Made by a program: the position numbers and the translations under genes. From an uncultured bacterium (GTDB lineage Bacteria > Abyssobacteria > SURF-5): a stretch of DNA of 64,000 bases. Location: contig CAZSKP010000002.1 in assembly GCA_964607485.1 (NCBI GenBank), positions 43,907 to 107,906 on the forward strand, written 5' to 3'. Below, piece by piece: positions 19,427 through 28,560 of this stretch (within the stretch, counting starts at the first letter, position 1; every line of letters starts with the position of its first letter). Under the pieces are notes generated by a model. It made no database searches, was not told the DNA's origin, and worked only from the letters and a program-made list of their open reading frames with translations.

Positions 19427-21022
19427 ATGAAACTGGAAGTGCTGAGTCCGATCGGAGAAGTAACGGCGGAAAAGCAGGCGTTGGCGAGCCGCGAAAAGAA
19501 TCTGGCGGGAAAGACTATCGTATTCTTTGGCAACGCCAAGCCCAACTTGAATATCCTGTTTGACAACCTGGAGAAAATGTTCGCCGCGAAATTCCCTGAG
19601 ACCAGGACTATCAGGAAAGGGAAGGAGAATGCGGCGTTCGCCGCCCCAGAAGAATATTTGAATGAGGCGGCCGATGAGGCAGACATGGTCATCTGCGGCG
19701 TCGGCGATTGAGGGTCATGCACGTCGTGGAGTATCCACGACTCTGTCGCGTTCGAGAAGAGGGGCGTTCCTACCATTACCTTGGTGACCGACCAGTTTCG
19801 TCCTCTGGCGGACGCGGAAAGCAAAGCTCTCGGAATGCCGCAGATTCCCCTGGCGGTCATGCCGCACCCGCTCGGCGGCCGAACGGAATCGGACGTTGCG
19901 ATTCTGGCGGAAAAAGCCTTCAACGATATTGTCGAGCATCTGAGCCGCAGTGGAGGGCAGATTTCAGGCGCCGTCGTTTCTGATTCGCCGCAGCAGTTCG
20001 TCATCGAAGGCGACTTCGACGCACTGCAGGACCTCTTCTACGAAAAGGGCTGGAGCGACGGCCTGCCGGTGATGCCGCCCACCGCCGAAAAAGTGAAAGC
20101 AATGCTTTCCGGCGCCGGTAGAGATCCCAAAGAAGTCCTGGGCTTGTTCCCTCCCGCGTATGCCGAGGCAACCGTTCAAAAAATAGCCGTGAACGCCGTC
20201 ATGGCCGGGTGCCTGCCGTCGTATTTCCCGGTCGTACTGGCCGGGGTGGAGGCGATGCTTGAGGAACAGTTCAATCTTTATGGGATTCAGGCGACGACGC
20301 ATCCGTGCGGCGCGCTTGTTATAGTAAATGGTCCGCTGGCACGTGAATTGAACATCAACTCGAAGGGCAACTGCCTCGGGCAGGGCCGGCGCGCCAACGC
20401 CGCCATCGGACGCGCCGTCAGACTGGCGATGCAAAATATTGGCGGCGGGATTCCGGGAGAGATGGACAAGGCGACGATGGGGCATCCGGGAAAGTACAGT
20501 TACTGCATGGCGGAAAACGAAGACGAGAGCCCGTGGGAGCCGCTGCACGTCGAGCGCGGATTCGACAGGTCCGTCAGCACCGTCACCGTGGCGGCGGCGG
20601 AAACGCCGCATAACATCAACGACCATGGCAGCACAACGGCGGAGGCCGTGCTGACCACCATTAGCGGAGCGGTCGGCAGCGCCGGCAACAATAACCTTTA
20701 TAAGGTTGGCGACCTGTTTGTCGTACTCGGACCGGAACATGCCGCCACCATCGCCGGCGGCGGGTATTCCAAAAAGGACGTGCAGGAATATATCTTTGAA
20801 CACGCGCGGGTTCCGATCGGCAAGATGTCGGAGGAGCAGTTGCGCCACATGCAGGCGGGAAGAGATGATTTTGTGGAACCTGACGGGACTTTGCGGATGG
20901 CCCAGATGGCCGGCGCCATCAACGTTGTCGTGGCCGGAGGACCCGGAAAACATTCGATGTGGATTCCCACGTTCGGGGTCACCTATTCAGTGACGCGGGC
21001 TATCCGTCCCAAGGAGGCATGA
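19427..21022 (+). CDS. UGSC-family selenoprotein fused to a large uncharacterised C-terminal domain (531 aa, Sec at TGA 19709-19711)
   Basis: ORFs 19385..19711 and 19781..21022 share one frame. The junction reads GVGD-TGA-GSCTSWSIHD, a SECIS-like hairpin follows, and GGGAGGA precedes ATG 19427. Confidence 0.88.
19723..19741 (+). promoter_or_regulatory. bacterial SECIS-like hairpin
   Basis: GTCGTGGA-GTA-TCCACGAC perfect stem with GU in the loop, starting 11 nt after the UGA. Confidence 0.8.
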
Positions 21023-21363
21023 AGGTGACCGAACCGAACGCAGAGGCGATGGCGCAGGTACGAAAGATGGCGGAAGAACACGCCCGCCAGGCCGGATACG
21101 TCCTGAATCCGATTGATTCCATAAGGGAGGCGACTCTGGCGGGATTGGCGCGCAATCTCGAACTATATGGACGCCCATTCTGTTCATGCCAGGTGATATC
21201 GGACGATACCCTCAGGGTCCGCGAGAAAGCCGACGAGGCGTCGTGTCCCTGCGCGGCTCATCGCGCCCAAATCGAGGAGAAAGGCTCCTGCCACTGCGGA
21301 TTATTCATGACGCAAGAGGCGGCGGAAAAAATGTTGAAGGCCCGAAGAGCATTCGGAGCATGA
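21019..21363 (+). CDS. ferredoxin:thioredoxin reductase catalytic subunit-like protein
   Basis: CSC...CPC...CHCGLF (six Cys of the FTR pattern). AAGGAGG RBS and ATGA overlap with the selenoprotein gene. Confidence 0.88.
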   Translation: MKVTEPNAEAMAQVRKMAEEHARQAGYVLNPIDSIREATLAGLARNLELYGRPFCSCQVISDDTLRVREKADEASCPCAAHRAQIEEKGSCHCGLFMTQEAAEKMLKARRAFGA

Positions 21364-21406
21364 GGGTTGAAGCCCGTGGCTCCAAGGCTGCCGGGAGGAG
21401 AAGGAC

Positions 21407-22273
21407 ATGACAGGTGATAACCTGCTTGAGGGCGGGATTGACCTGCATACTCACAGCGGCCCAAGCCTGTATGACCGGGCACTTGACGATTTCGGTCTGG
21501 CGGCTGAGGCGAAAGTAGCCGGGATGCGCGCCGTGGTGCTCAAGGCTCACGAGTGCCCGACCGCCGGCCGGGCAGCCCTTGTCAATGCCAACATGGAAGG
21601 CGTTCTTGCCTGCGGGGGAATTGTTCTCAACCATTTCATCGGCGGGTTCAATCCGGTTGCAGTGGATGCGGCTCTGAAGATGGGCGGAAAAATCGTCTGG
21701 TTCCCGACGTTCCATGCGCAGAATCATCTTGCCCATTATGGCGCCGAGAGTATCACCCCCACCTCACATCAGATGGAGGCGCCGCCGACCGGCCTGAGCG
21801 TCTTAGACGAGAGCGGCCGGTTGAACCCGGAAGTTGAGCCGGTTCTGCAAACAATTGCCGAGCGCAAAGCTATCCTGGGGACGGGACATCTTTCAGCCCG
21901 TGAAATTCTCGTTCTCACTGATGCCGCTCTGGCCGCGGGGGTCGAGAAGATTCTCATAACCCATGCCGACATGTTTTTTGTCGGCCTGACTCTGGAAGAA
22001 CAAGTGAGCTTGGCGAGGAAAGGCGCGATTCTGGAGAAGTGCTACCTCGCCATGCTGCTCTCTCAGGACGGTGGCGCGAAAACCATGGCCGAGAGCATCA
22101 AAGCGATTGGAGCGAAGAGCTGCGTGCTGGTGACCGATCTCGGCCAGTCGGTTTTTCCGCATCCCGTGGCGGGAATGCTATCATTTATCGAAGCATTGAT
22201 GGCGGAAGGCATCAGCCGGCAGGAAATCAAAACGGTGCTGGCCGAAAATCCCGCTCGCCTGCTGGAGTTGTAG
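21407..22273 (+). CDS. amidohydrolase-fold metal-dependent hydrolase (DUF6282-like)
   Basis: IDLHTHSGP, LKAH, GTGHLS, ITH, TDLGQ, ENPARLL. Confidence 0.82.
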   Translation: MTGDNLLEGGIDLHTHSGPSLYDRALDDFGLAAEAKVAGMRAVVLKAHECPTAGRAALVNANMEGVLACGGIVLNHFIGGFNPVAVDAALKMGGKIVWFPTFHAQNHLAHYGAESITPTSHQMEAPPTGLSVLDESGRLNPEVEPVLQTIAERKAILGTGHLSAREILVLTDAALAAGVEKILITHADMFFVGLTLEEQVSLARKGAILEKCYLAMLLSQDGGAKTMAESIKAIGAKSCVLVTDLGQSVFPHPVAGMLSFIEALMAEGISRQEIKTVLAENPARLLEL

Positions 22274-22314
22274 GCCAAATCCCGAGGAGATACTACTGGG
22301 AGCATAAAATATTC

Positions 22315-22397
22315 GTCATTCTGAGCGCAGCGAAGAATCTCAGAGACTGCGACGGACCCTGGCCAAAGAAGAGATCCTTCACTTCGTTCAGGATGAC
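22315..22397. repeat. CGTC-type REP-like palindromic element, copy 2
   Basis: (C)GTCATTCTGAGCGCAGCGAAGAATCT...AGATCCTTCACTTCGTTCAGGATGAC inverted dimer. Confidence 0.75.
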
Positions 22398-22545
22398 AGA
22401 AATGTGAAGTATTTCACGCTCTGAGTAATAAGAGGCATGATTATTGACGATTTCCCGCGTGAGACTGTTGAAGTTGGCAAGGCGAAGCCACAATCTGCTG
22501 AATCAGCGAACTCAGATAAATGAAGAAACGCAAAGGGAGGCGACA

Positions 22546-23703
22546 ATGGATTTCCAATTGACCGAAGAACAGAGAATTTTCAAGAAGATGGTGCACGATT
22601 TTGCAGATGAACGCCTTGCCCCGCTGGTTGAGACCTGGGAGCGAGAAGGTTTTGTCCGGGATACAAAGCTGATATCGGAATATGCGGAGCGCGGCCTGCT
22701 TGGAATCACGCTTCCCGAACAATATGGAGGCGCGGGACTGACGGCATTCGACGCCATTCTGGCCGTGGAAGAGTTGGCCCGCGTGAGCTGCGTCGCCGCC
22801 GGACCGGTATTTGAAACCAGCTTTGGCCCGATTCGCGTCGTGGAGCAGTTCGGCACGGAAGAACAGAAGGAGCGGTTCATCCCTCCCTGCTGCACGGGAG
22901 AAAAATTCATGGCTGTAGGCATGACCGAGCCCGGCGCAGGCTCGGCCCTGACCGATCTCACGACGCGGGCGGTTCTCGAAGGCGACCACTTCGTGGTGAA
23001 CGGCCGGAAACGGTTCATTTCCGGCGGAGGCCATTCGGAGCTGTATATGGTTTACGTTCGCCTGAGCGAGAAGAAAGGGCACAAGGGAATCGGCGGGCTT
23101 GTGATTGAAAAAGGCTCGCCCGGCTTCAGTTTCGGAAAGCAGGAGGAATTCATGGGGCTCCGCGGGATACCGAGCTGCGATTTGATTTTTGAAGATTGCG
23201 TCGTGCCCAAGGAGAATCTCGTCATTCCCGAGGGTGGATTCGCCAACTTGATGCAGGCCTTTGACGTCGAGCGCTGCGGGAATGCGACCCAATCGCTCGG
23301 GATCGCCTGGGGCGCGCTCGAAGCGGCCAAAAAATATTCGCAGGAGAGAACGGCATTCGGCAAGCAAATATGCGAATTTCAGGCGGTTCAGTTCCTTCTG
23401 GCGGACATGGCAATGAAGGTCGAGGCGGCGAGATTGCTGATCTACCGCGCGGCGGTGAATGCCGGTATGGGCCTGCCGTCGATATTCGAATCGTCCGTCG
23501 CCAAGTGTTTCGCCAATGAAATGGCCAAGGAGGTCACCGATATGGCCCTTCAGGTCTTTGGCGGGTACGGCTACTCGAAGGAATACCCGATTGAGCGCAT
23601 GCTGCGCGACAGCCGCGGCTGGCCGGTCGCAGGCGGCACCGTGCAAATGCAGCGGATAAACATCGCTGGCGCCATGCTGGGGAGGCGATTCAGTCAGAGA
23701 TAG
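22546..23703 (+). CDS. acyl-CoA dehydrogenase
   Basis: MDFQLTEEQ, MTEPGAGS, NGRKRFIS, QVFGGYGY..EYPIERMLRD. Confidence 0.95.
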   Translation: MDFQLTEEQRIFKKMVHDFADERLAPLVETWEREGFVRDTKLISEYAERGLLGITLPEQYGGAGLTAFDAILAVEELARVSCVAAGPVFETSFGPIRVVEQFGTEEQKERFIPPCCTGEKFMAVGMTEPGAGSALTDLTTRAVLEGDHFVVNGRKRFISGGGHSELYMVYVRLSEKKGHKGIGGLVIEKGSPGFSFGKQEEFMGLRGIPSCDLIFEDCVVPKENLVIPEGGFANLMQAFDVERCGNATQSLGIAWGALEAAKKYSQERTAFGKQICEFQAVQFLLADMAMKVEAARLLIYRAAVNAGMGLPSIFESSVAKCFANEMAKEVTDMALQVFGGYGYSKEYPIERMLRDSRGWPVAGGTVQMQRINIAGAMLGRRFSQR

Positions 23704-23813
23704 AGCCCGCCTCACGGGATCTCAAACCAGTTTAAGAGTTGACCAAAGGAGAGCGACCGCGACAAAACCCGGCTTTAACGAGGGGGTGTGTGCCGAATCC
23801 GCAGGATGAGATT

Positions 23814-24623
23814 CTACTTCGGAGACATTTCAATCGATTTGCCCTGCCCCAGCGTGCCGTTCACGAGCGCTCGTGCCAAATGTGCGGCGGCCTTGGTGGG
23901 TTCGTCGGCCTCGATAAGACGACAATGACGCTCTCGTGACGGCGATTCCAAGCGCATGCACGTTATGAGCGGGTCCGGAATCGGGTCCATGGCCAGGTCA
24001 CTCAGCCGCAGATTTTCCATGGGTCTTTCCTTGGCTTTCTTTATGTCTCTCAGTTTCGGCGTCCGCAGTTCGCCCGCCTCATGGCTGACCGTTACCAGAG
24101 CGGGCATGGAACCTCGCAGCACCTCGTGACCGTCAGAGAGGACACGCTCCACAACGAGTCGATCGCCGTCAATTTCGATTCTTCGCGCCCACGATACGGC
24201 TGGGATATCCAACTGCTCGGCGATTGCCAGCCCCACACCGCCTGAGTTGGAATCAGCAGCCTGCCGACCAGCCAAAATGAGGTCGAAGCTCATGTTCGAG
24301 ATTGCGGAAGCGAGAATGGCGGCCGTCACGTGAGAGTCCGTCTCGGCTTTCCCCTCGATCATGCGGAGCGTATCAGCGCCTACGGCAAGCGCCTTCATGA
24401 GAATGGGTCGGGCGAGCTTCGGTCCAAGGCTCAATACTGAAACGTGGGTGTCCGCTCGCGCATCTTTTATTTTCAGAGCCAATTCGAGTGCGCTCTCGTC
24501 ATACGGACTTATTACGGGAGGCACACCCTCGGCGACGATTTTTCTGTTTTCAGAGTCGAGCTTGAAACATCTGGCCGGAGCCTCGGGATCGATCACCTGC
24601 TTCATGCACACGATGATTCTCAT
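23814..24623 (-). CDS. etfB: electron transfer flavoprotein beta subunit
   Basis: MRIIVCMKQVIDP, AVGAD, GRQAADSNSG. Confidence 0.92.
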   Translation of the reverse strand: MRIIVCMKQVIDPEAPARCFKLDSENRKIVAEGVPPVISPYDESALELALKIKDARADTHVSVLSLGPKLARPILMKALAVGADTLRMIEGKAETDSHVTAAILASAISNMSFDLILAGRQAADSNSGGVGLAIAEQLDIPAVSWARRIEIDGDRLVVERVLSDGHEVLRGSMPALVTVSHEAGELRTPKLRDIKKAKERPMENLRLSDLAMDPIPDPLITCMRLESPSRERHCRLIEADEPTKAAAHLARALVNGTLGQGKSIEMSPK

Positions 24624-24638
24624 TCCCCCGCCCATCGC

Positions 24639-25625
24639 TCAGCTCCCTCCTGTTTTCAGTCTATTGACTGCGTCGATGAGCGGTGGCAGGATCGAGCGGT
24701 AGTCGCCGACAATACCATAATCAGCCATCCGAAAGATGTCTGCCTCGGCATTGTTGTTGATGGCGACTACGACCTTCGAACCGCCCATTCCGGATAGATG
24801 CTGGCTCGCTCCGGAGATACCTACGGCAATGTACACCTCGGGGCTGACGGATTTTCCTGTTATGCCAATTTGGCTGGAAGAAGGGACCCATCCTGAATCG
24901 CAAGCAGGTCGGCTTGCCCCCACAGCAGCGCCCAGCGCGCTCGCGAGCTTCCGAAGCATATCAAATCCCTCCGGACCGCCGATTCCGCGTCCTCCGCTGA
25001 TCACAACTTCGGCATCTTCCAGCTTGGTCTCGGAGGATTCTTCCACTACGTGATCCATGACCTCCCATTCCCGACCGGTCTCAAAGGGGATGTCAACCTT
25101 GATACTTGTTGCCGAGAGAGATTCATCGCGAGCCGGCATGCTCTCCACTCCGCGCCTGACTGTGACGACAGCAGGCCTGGTGTTGAATGAATACGTTGCG
25201 AGCGCGACTCCGCCCTGAACGGGTTTGGTCGCGACGAGGTCTTGCCGGTCGACACTTATCGCAATGCAATCGGTGACAAGCCCTCCTCGCACCCGTTCGG
25301 CGAGCCGCGGAGCAATATCCTGGCCCAGGGGAGTATGAGCAAAGATAATGGCGGCGGGGTCGTACCGATTACATGCTGTCTCGACGAATGCGACATGCCA
25401 TTCGGGACAATATCTCCGGCCTGCGGGCGGCGTCGCCGTGTAAATATGGCTTACTCCATACGCTCCCACTTCGTTCGCCATCTCATCGGTGGCGAGAGCG
25501 CTGAGTTCAGAACCCATGGCCTGCGCCACTCTCTTCCCGAGGCCTAACATCTCCACGGATGCGGCTATGATTTCCCCTGTGGGTCCGGGTTCACAAAATA
25601 CCAGCACAGAGCCTGTCTGACTCAT
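24639..25625 (-). CDS. etfA: electron transfer flavoprotein alpha subunit
   Basis: SGGRG, GASR, QIGITG, VGISGASQH, ADYGIVGD. Confidence 0.94.
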   Translation of the reverse strand: MSQTGSVLVFCEPGPTGEIIAASVEMLGLGKRVAQAMGSELSALATDEMANEVGAYGVSHIYTATPPAGRRYCPEWHVAFVETACNRYDPAAIIFAHTPLGQDIAPRLAERVRGGLVTDCIAISVDRQDLVATKPVQGGVALATYSFNTRPAVVTVRRGVESMPARDESLSATSIKVDIPFETGREWEVMDHVVEESSETKLEDAEVVISGGRGIGGPEGFDMLRKLASALGAAVGASRPACDSGWVPSSSQIGITGKSVSPEVYIAVGISGASQHLSGMGGSKVVVAINNNAEADIFRMADYGIVGDYRSILPPLIDAVNRLKTGGS

Positions 25626-25661
25626 TCTGCTCCCACCGCCTTTGCTCTCCTGCCGCGCTTT

Positions 25662-27239
25662 CTATTCATATTCATCGGGTGAGACATAGAACGAGGATTC
25701 GGCGGCACAATTCGGATCAAAGGTCCTCTTAATCTTCTTCATGTATTTGACAAAATCCAGTGAATAGGGCAGCGCCGCCTTCAAAGCTGATTCTTCGAAA
25801 CTGAGAGCGTTTTCCAGACTGTTTATGCCCAGCCCCCATTCCACTATTTTCTTGTCGCCTTTTTCCAGAAGTTCGGACGTTCTCTTGCATGAAGCGGGGT
25901 CGGCCGGGTCGTACATCGTGAGAATCTCCACATGAGCGCCGCCGTCGCCGTAGACTACTCCCCATACGGGTTCCGCGCCCGTCTCCATAATCTGCCCGGA
26001 CTCCCTGGCCTCCTCGACAATCTCTTTTTCGGATAGCTGGGTCAACGTTGACAGCGCGTCCACGGCCTCATCGCCGACGGGTGAAATGATGAATGATCCC
26101 GTCGAACGAAACGCCGCCCTCGTCATTCCCTGCCCTGTTACCGAATTGTTGAATAGCAGGCCATGGATGTGGTCGTCGAAGGGGAAGACGGTTCCATCGA
26201 CCTTTTCCAGGATCAGCTGAAAACATTTCTTCCTGTACTCCATCTCTCGCGGAGAACTGGCATCAAGCAACACCATGGTACAGAACATGGGTGCTCTGCG
26301 CTGTTCTTCGGGAACGTTCTTCATCAGCTCCCAGAGTTCATCGTTCGATTCAGTCGCCAAGATTGCTCCAAGCGCCGGATGCAGCCGCTGAATGCTGAAC
26401 GCGATGGATTCTTCGACCAACAGATGGAAAAAATCATTCATCTTCTCCCGGCCCGGAAAGACCACGCAATACACCGAGAAATTCTCCGGTATCGCCATCC
26501 CATAGACGGGTGGTCCGCCCGTCGTTTGCAACTTCGGCGGGCCGTACCACGGGTAGAGTTTTGTGGCGACCTTTGTGAATATTCCCATTCCTCCGTTGGC
26601 ACCGCCGTAACCTCTCAGCACTCCTCGAAGGCTCGGCCCGGGACCGTCGCCGCTTATCCAGCCCGCCCCGGCCCCCAGAGAACCCAGCCGCAGGATGTCG
26701 CCGTCGGGCAACACCCATTCTGCGCCCAGAAGATTGCGTCCTCCAAAGTCGGTGCTGATGTTTGTCGGGCCGCTTCCGAAATGCGCCGCAGTCCCGGCAA
26801 GAACGGAAGCGCTCGGCCCGGCGCCGAGCATATTCGGGCGCAAGCCCACTTTCATGGTTTCGAGGAAAAGCCTCGCCTGCGATACATACGGTTCCACGAC
26901 TGCGAACCTGTTCTTGCGGTCGATCTCCACGATCCTGTTCATTCTCCTCATGTCAATAGGCAGAAACGGTTCCGACGAAGTCAGCGCGGACGTTTCGAAC
27001 CCGGTTGCGTGCGCCCTGTATCGCACCCCGAACCGATTGCACGCTTTCACGATGGCCTGAACTTCCTCGACGGTTTCCGGCAGCACAACGGCCGGCGGCC
27101 GCGGCGAAAATTTCCCCCCGAAGATGAGCTCGTTGGCCCAGACAAAACAATAGGTGTCCAGTATCTCAGGTTCCTGAGTGATGTATTCCGGCCCGACTAT
27201 GTCCTCCAACGCCCGGTAGGCTTCCTTGGATAGACTCAT
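25662..27239 (-). CDS. FAD-binding oxidoreductase (GlcD/D-lactate dehydrogenase, PCMH fold)
   Basis: PAVVLPETVEEVQAIV, DMRRMNRI, GGMGIFTK, KRTFDPN. Confidence 0.85.
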   Translation of the reverse strand: MSLSKEAYRALEDIVGPEYITQEPEILDTYCFVWANELIFGGKFSPRPPAVVLPETVEEVQAIVKACNRFGVRYRAHATGFETSALTSSEPFLPIDMRRMNRIVEIDRKNRFAVVEPYVSQARLFLETMKVGLRPNMLGAGPSASVLAGTAAHFGSGPTNISTDFGGRNLLGAEWVLPDGDILRLGSLGAGAGWISGDGPGPSLRGVLRGYGGANGGMGIFTKVATKLYPWYGPPKLQTTGGPPVYGMAIPENFSVYCVVFPGREKMNDFFHLLVEESIAFSIQRLHPALGAILATESNDELWELMKNVPEEQRRAPMFCTMVLLDASSPREMEYRKKCFQLILEKVDGTVFPFDDHIHGLLFNNSVTGQGMTRAAFRSTGSFIISPVGDEAVDALSTLTQLSEKEIVEEARESGQIMETGAEPVWGVVYGDGGAHVEILTMYDPADPASCKRTSELLEKGDKKIVEWGLGINSLENALSFEESALKAALPYSLDFVKYMKKIKRTFDPNCAAESSFYVSPDEYE

Positions 27240-27254
27240 TGCCCGTCTCCCTTT

Positions 27255-28529
27255 CTATAGTGCCCGTTCGACAAGCTCGACAATGTCATATACGTCGATC
27301 GTCGCGCCGGCCTTGGCTCTGGCGTCGATGAAGTTCCGCTTGCACCACGGACAAGCGCTGACGAGCGCTTTTGCTCCGACAGTTGTCGCCTCCTCAAGCC
27401 GTTTGGCCGCGGTCCACTCTGCAAAGTCCGGATACGCTTCCTTCACGCCGCCGCCGGCGCCGCAGCACCACGCGTATTCCCTGATACGGCTCATCTCGAC
27501 GAGGTTCAAGCCGGGAATACTCCGCAGGATGTTCCTTGGCGCTTCATAGACGCCGTTTGCCCCGCATCGTTTTTTCTTCGGCGGATCATGCACGACCATC
27601 TGCCCATTGACCTTGACGTTCTTACCCTCCCAATGTACCCAGGGCTCAGCCAATCTGCCCAAGTGGCAGGGATCGTGATACGTCACGGTCAACGGAACCC
27701 GCGTGGTCAGCTTCATCTTCCCTTCCTCTATCAGCCGAGCTATGAACTCCGTGATGTGCAATATTTCCACTGTACGCTTCTGGCCGGTCTTGTCGTAAAG
27801 GACTTTGAACGCCTGATAGCAGTCGGCGCAGGGAGTGACGACTGTCTTCACTCCGGCCACCTTCCAGGTGCCAGTGTTATGCTCGGCGTACTTCATCAGA
27901 TCGCCCGCGTAGCCCATTTCATAGCTTCGCCCGCCGCAGCAGGTTTCTTCTTTGCCCATGATGCCGACATCGACGCCGGCGTCCGCAAGAAGGGTCAGCC
28001 CGCTCCTCGCTGCCGGCCACAACTCCGTGTCAAACGAATATCTGCAACCGGCATGATACAAGACGTCGGCTTTCTCCTTTGTCAGGTTCTTGACCGCAAG
28101 TCCTTCGGCCCAGTTTCCCCTGTCCTCTTTCGACTCCTGCATCATGTTGTCCTCTTGCTTGAGGCCCTCAATGACCAGAGCGTGCTCGGGAATGACCTGG
28201 CCTTCCTCGATACACCTGAATCTGATCTCTTGCATGACTTCATAGGGCTCGAGGTCCCTTTCGACCTTGCACGACACATCGCACCCGCCGCACATCTGGC
28301 ACTGGTAGATCATGTTCAGAAACGTATCCCCGATGGACGTTCGTTCTTTGAGGAGCGACAGGCCCGCGATCTGTCGTCCACCGGCCGACCAGCCATGGAA
28401 GTTGTATCGTTCAATGCTTGGACATACCGTCAGGAAGCGCGAGTCGGACATGACCTGATGCGGCACCCACTTGCAGTATGAACATCGCGTGCATCGCATG
28501 ATGTCGTTTTCATAATTCTCTAGAGGCAT
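27255..28529 (-). CDS. Fe-S protein with two CCG domains (GlcF/GlpC/HdrD-like)
   Basis: CTRCSYC, CQMCGGCDVSC, ETCCGG, YHDPCHLGR, CCGAGGG, SACPWC. Confidence 0.9.
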   Translation of the reverse strand: MPLENYENDIMRCTRCSYCKWVPHQVMSDSRFLTVCPSIERYNFHGWSAGGRQIAGLSLLKERTSIGDTFLNMIYQCQMCGGCDVSCKVERDLEPYEVMQEIRFRCIEEGQVIPEHALVIEGLKQEDNMMQESKEDRGNWAEGLAVKNLTKEKADVLYHAGCRYSFDTELWPAARSGLTLLADAGVDVGIMGKEETCCGGRSYEMGYAGDLMKYAEHNTGTWKVAGVKTVVTPCADCYQAFKVLYDKTGQKRTVEILHITEFIARLIEEGKMKLTTRVPLTVTYHDPCHLGRLAEPWVHWEGKNVKVNGQMVVHDPPKKKRCGANGVYEAPRNILRSIPGLNLVEMSRIREYAWCCGAGGGVKEAYPDFAEWTAAKRLEEATTVGAKALVSACPWCKRNFIDARAKAGATIDVYDIVELVERAL

Positions 28530-28560
28530 TTCCCTTCTCCTTATGGAGCTGAGCGGTGGT

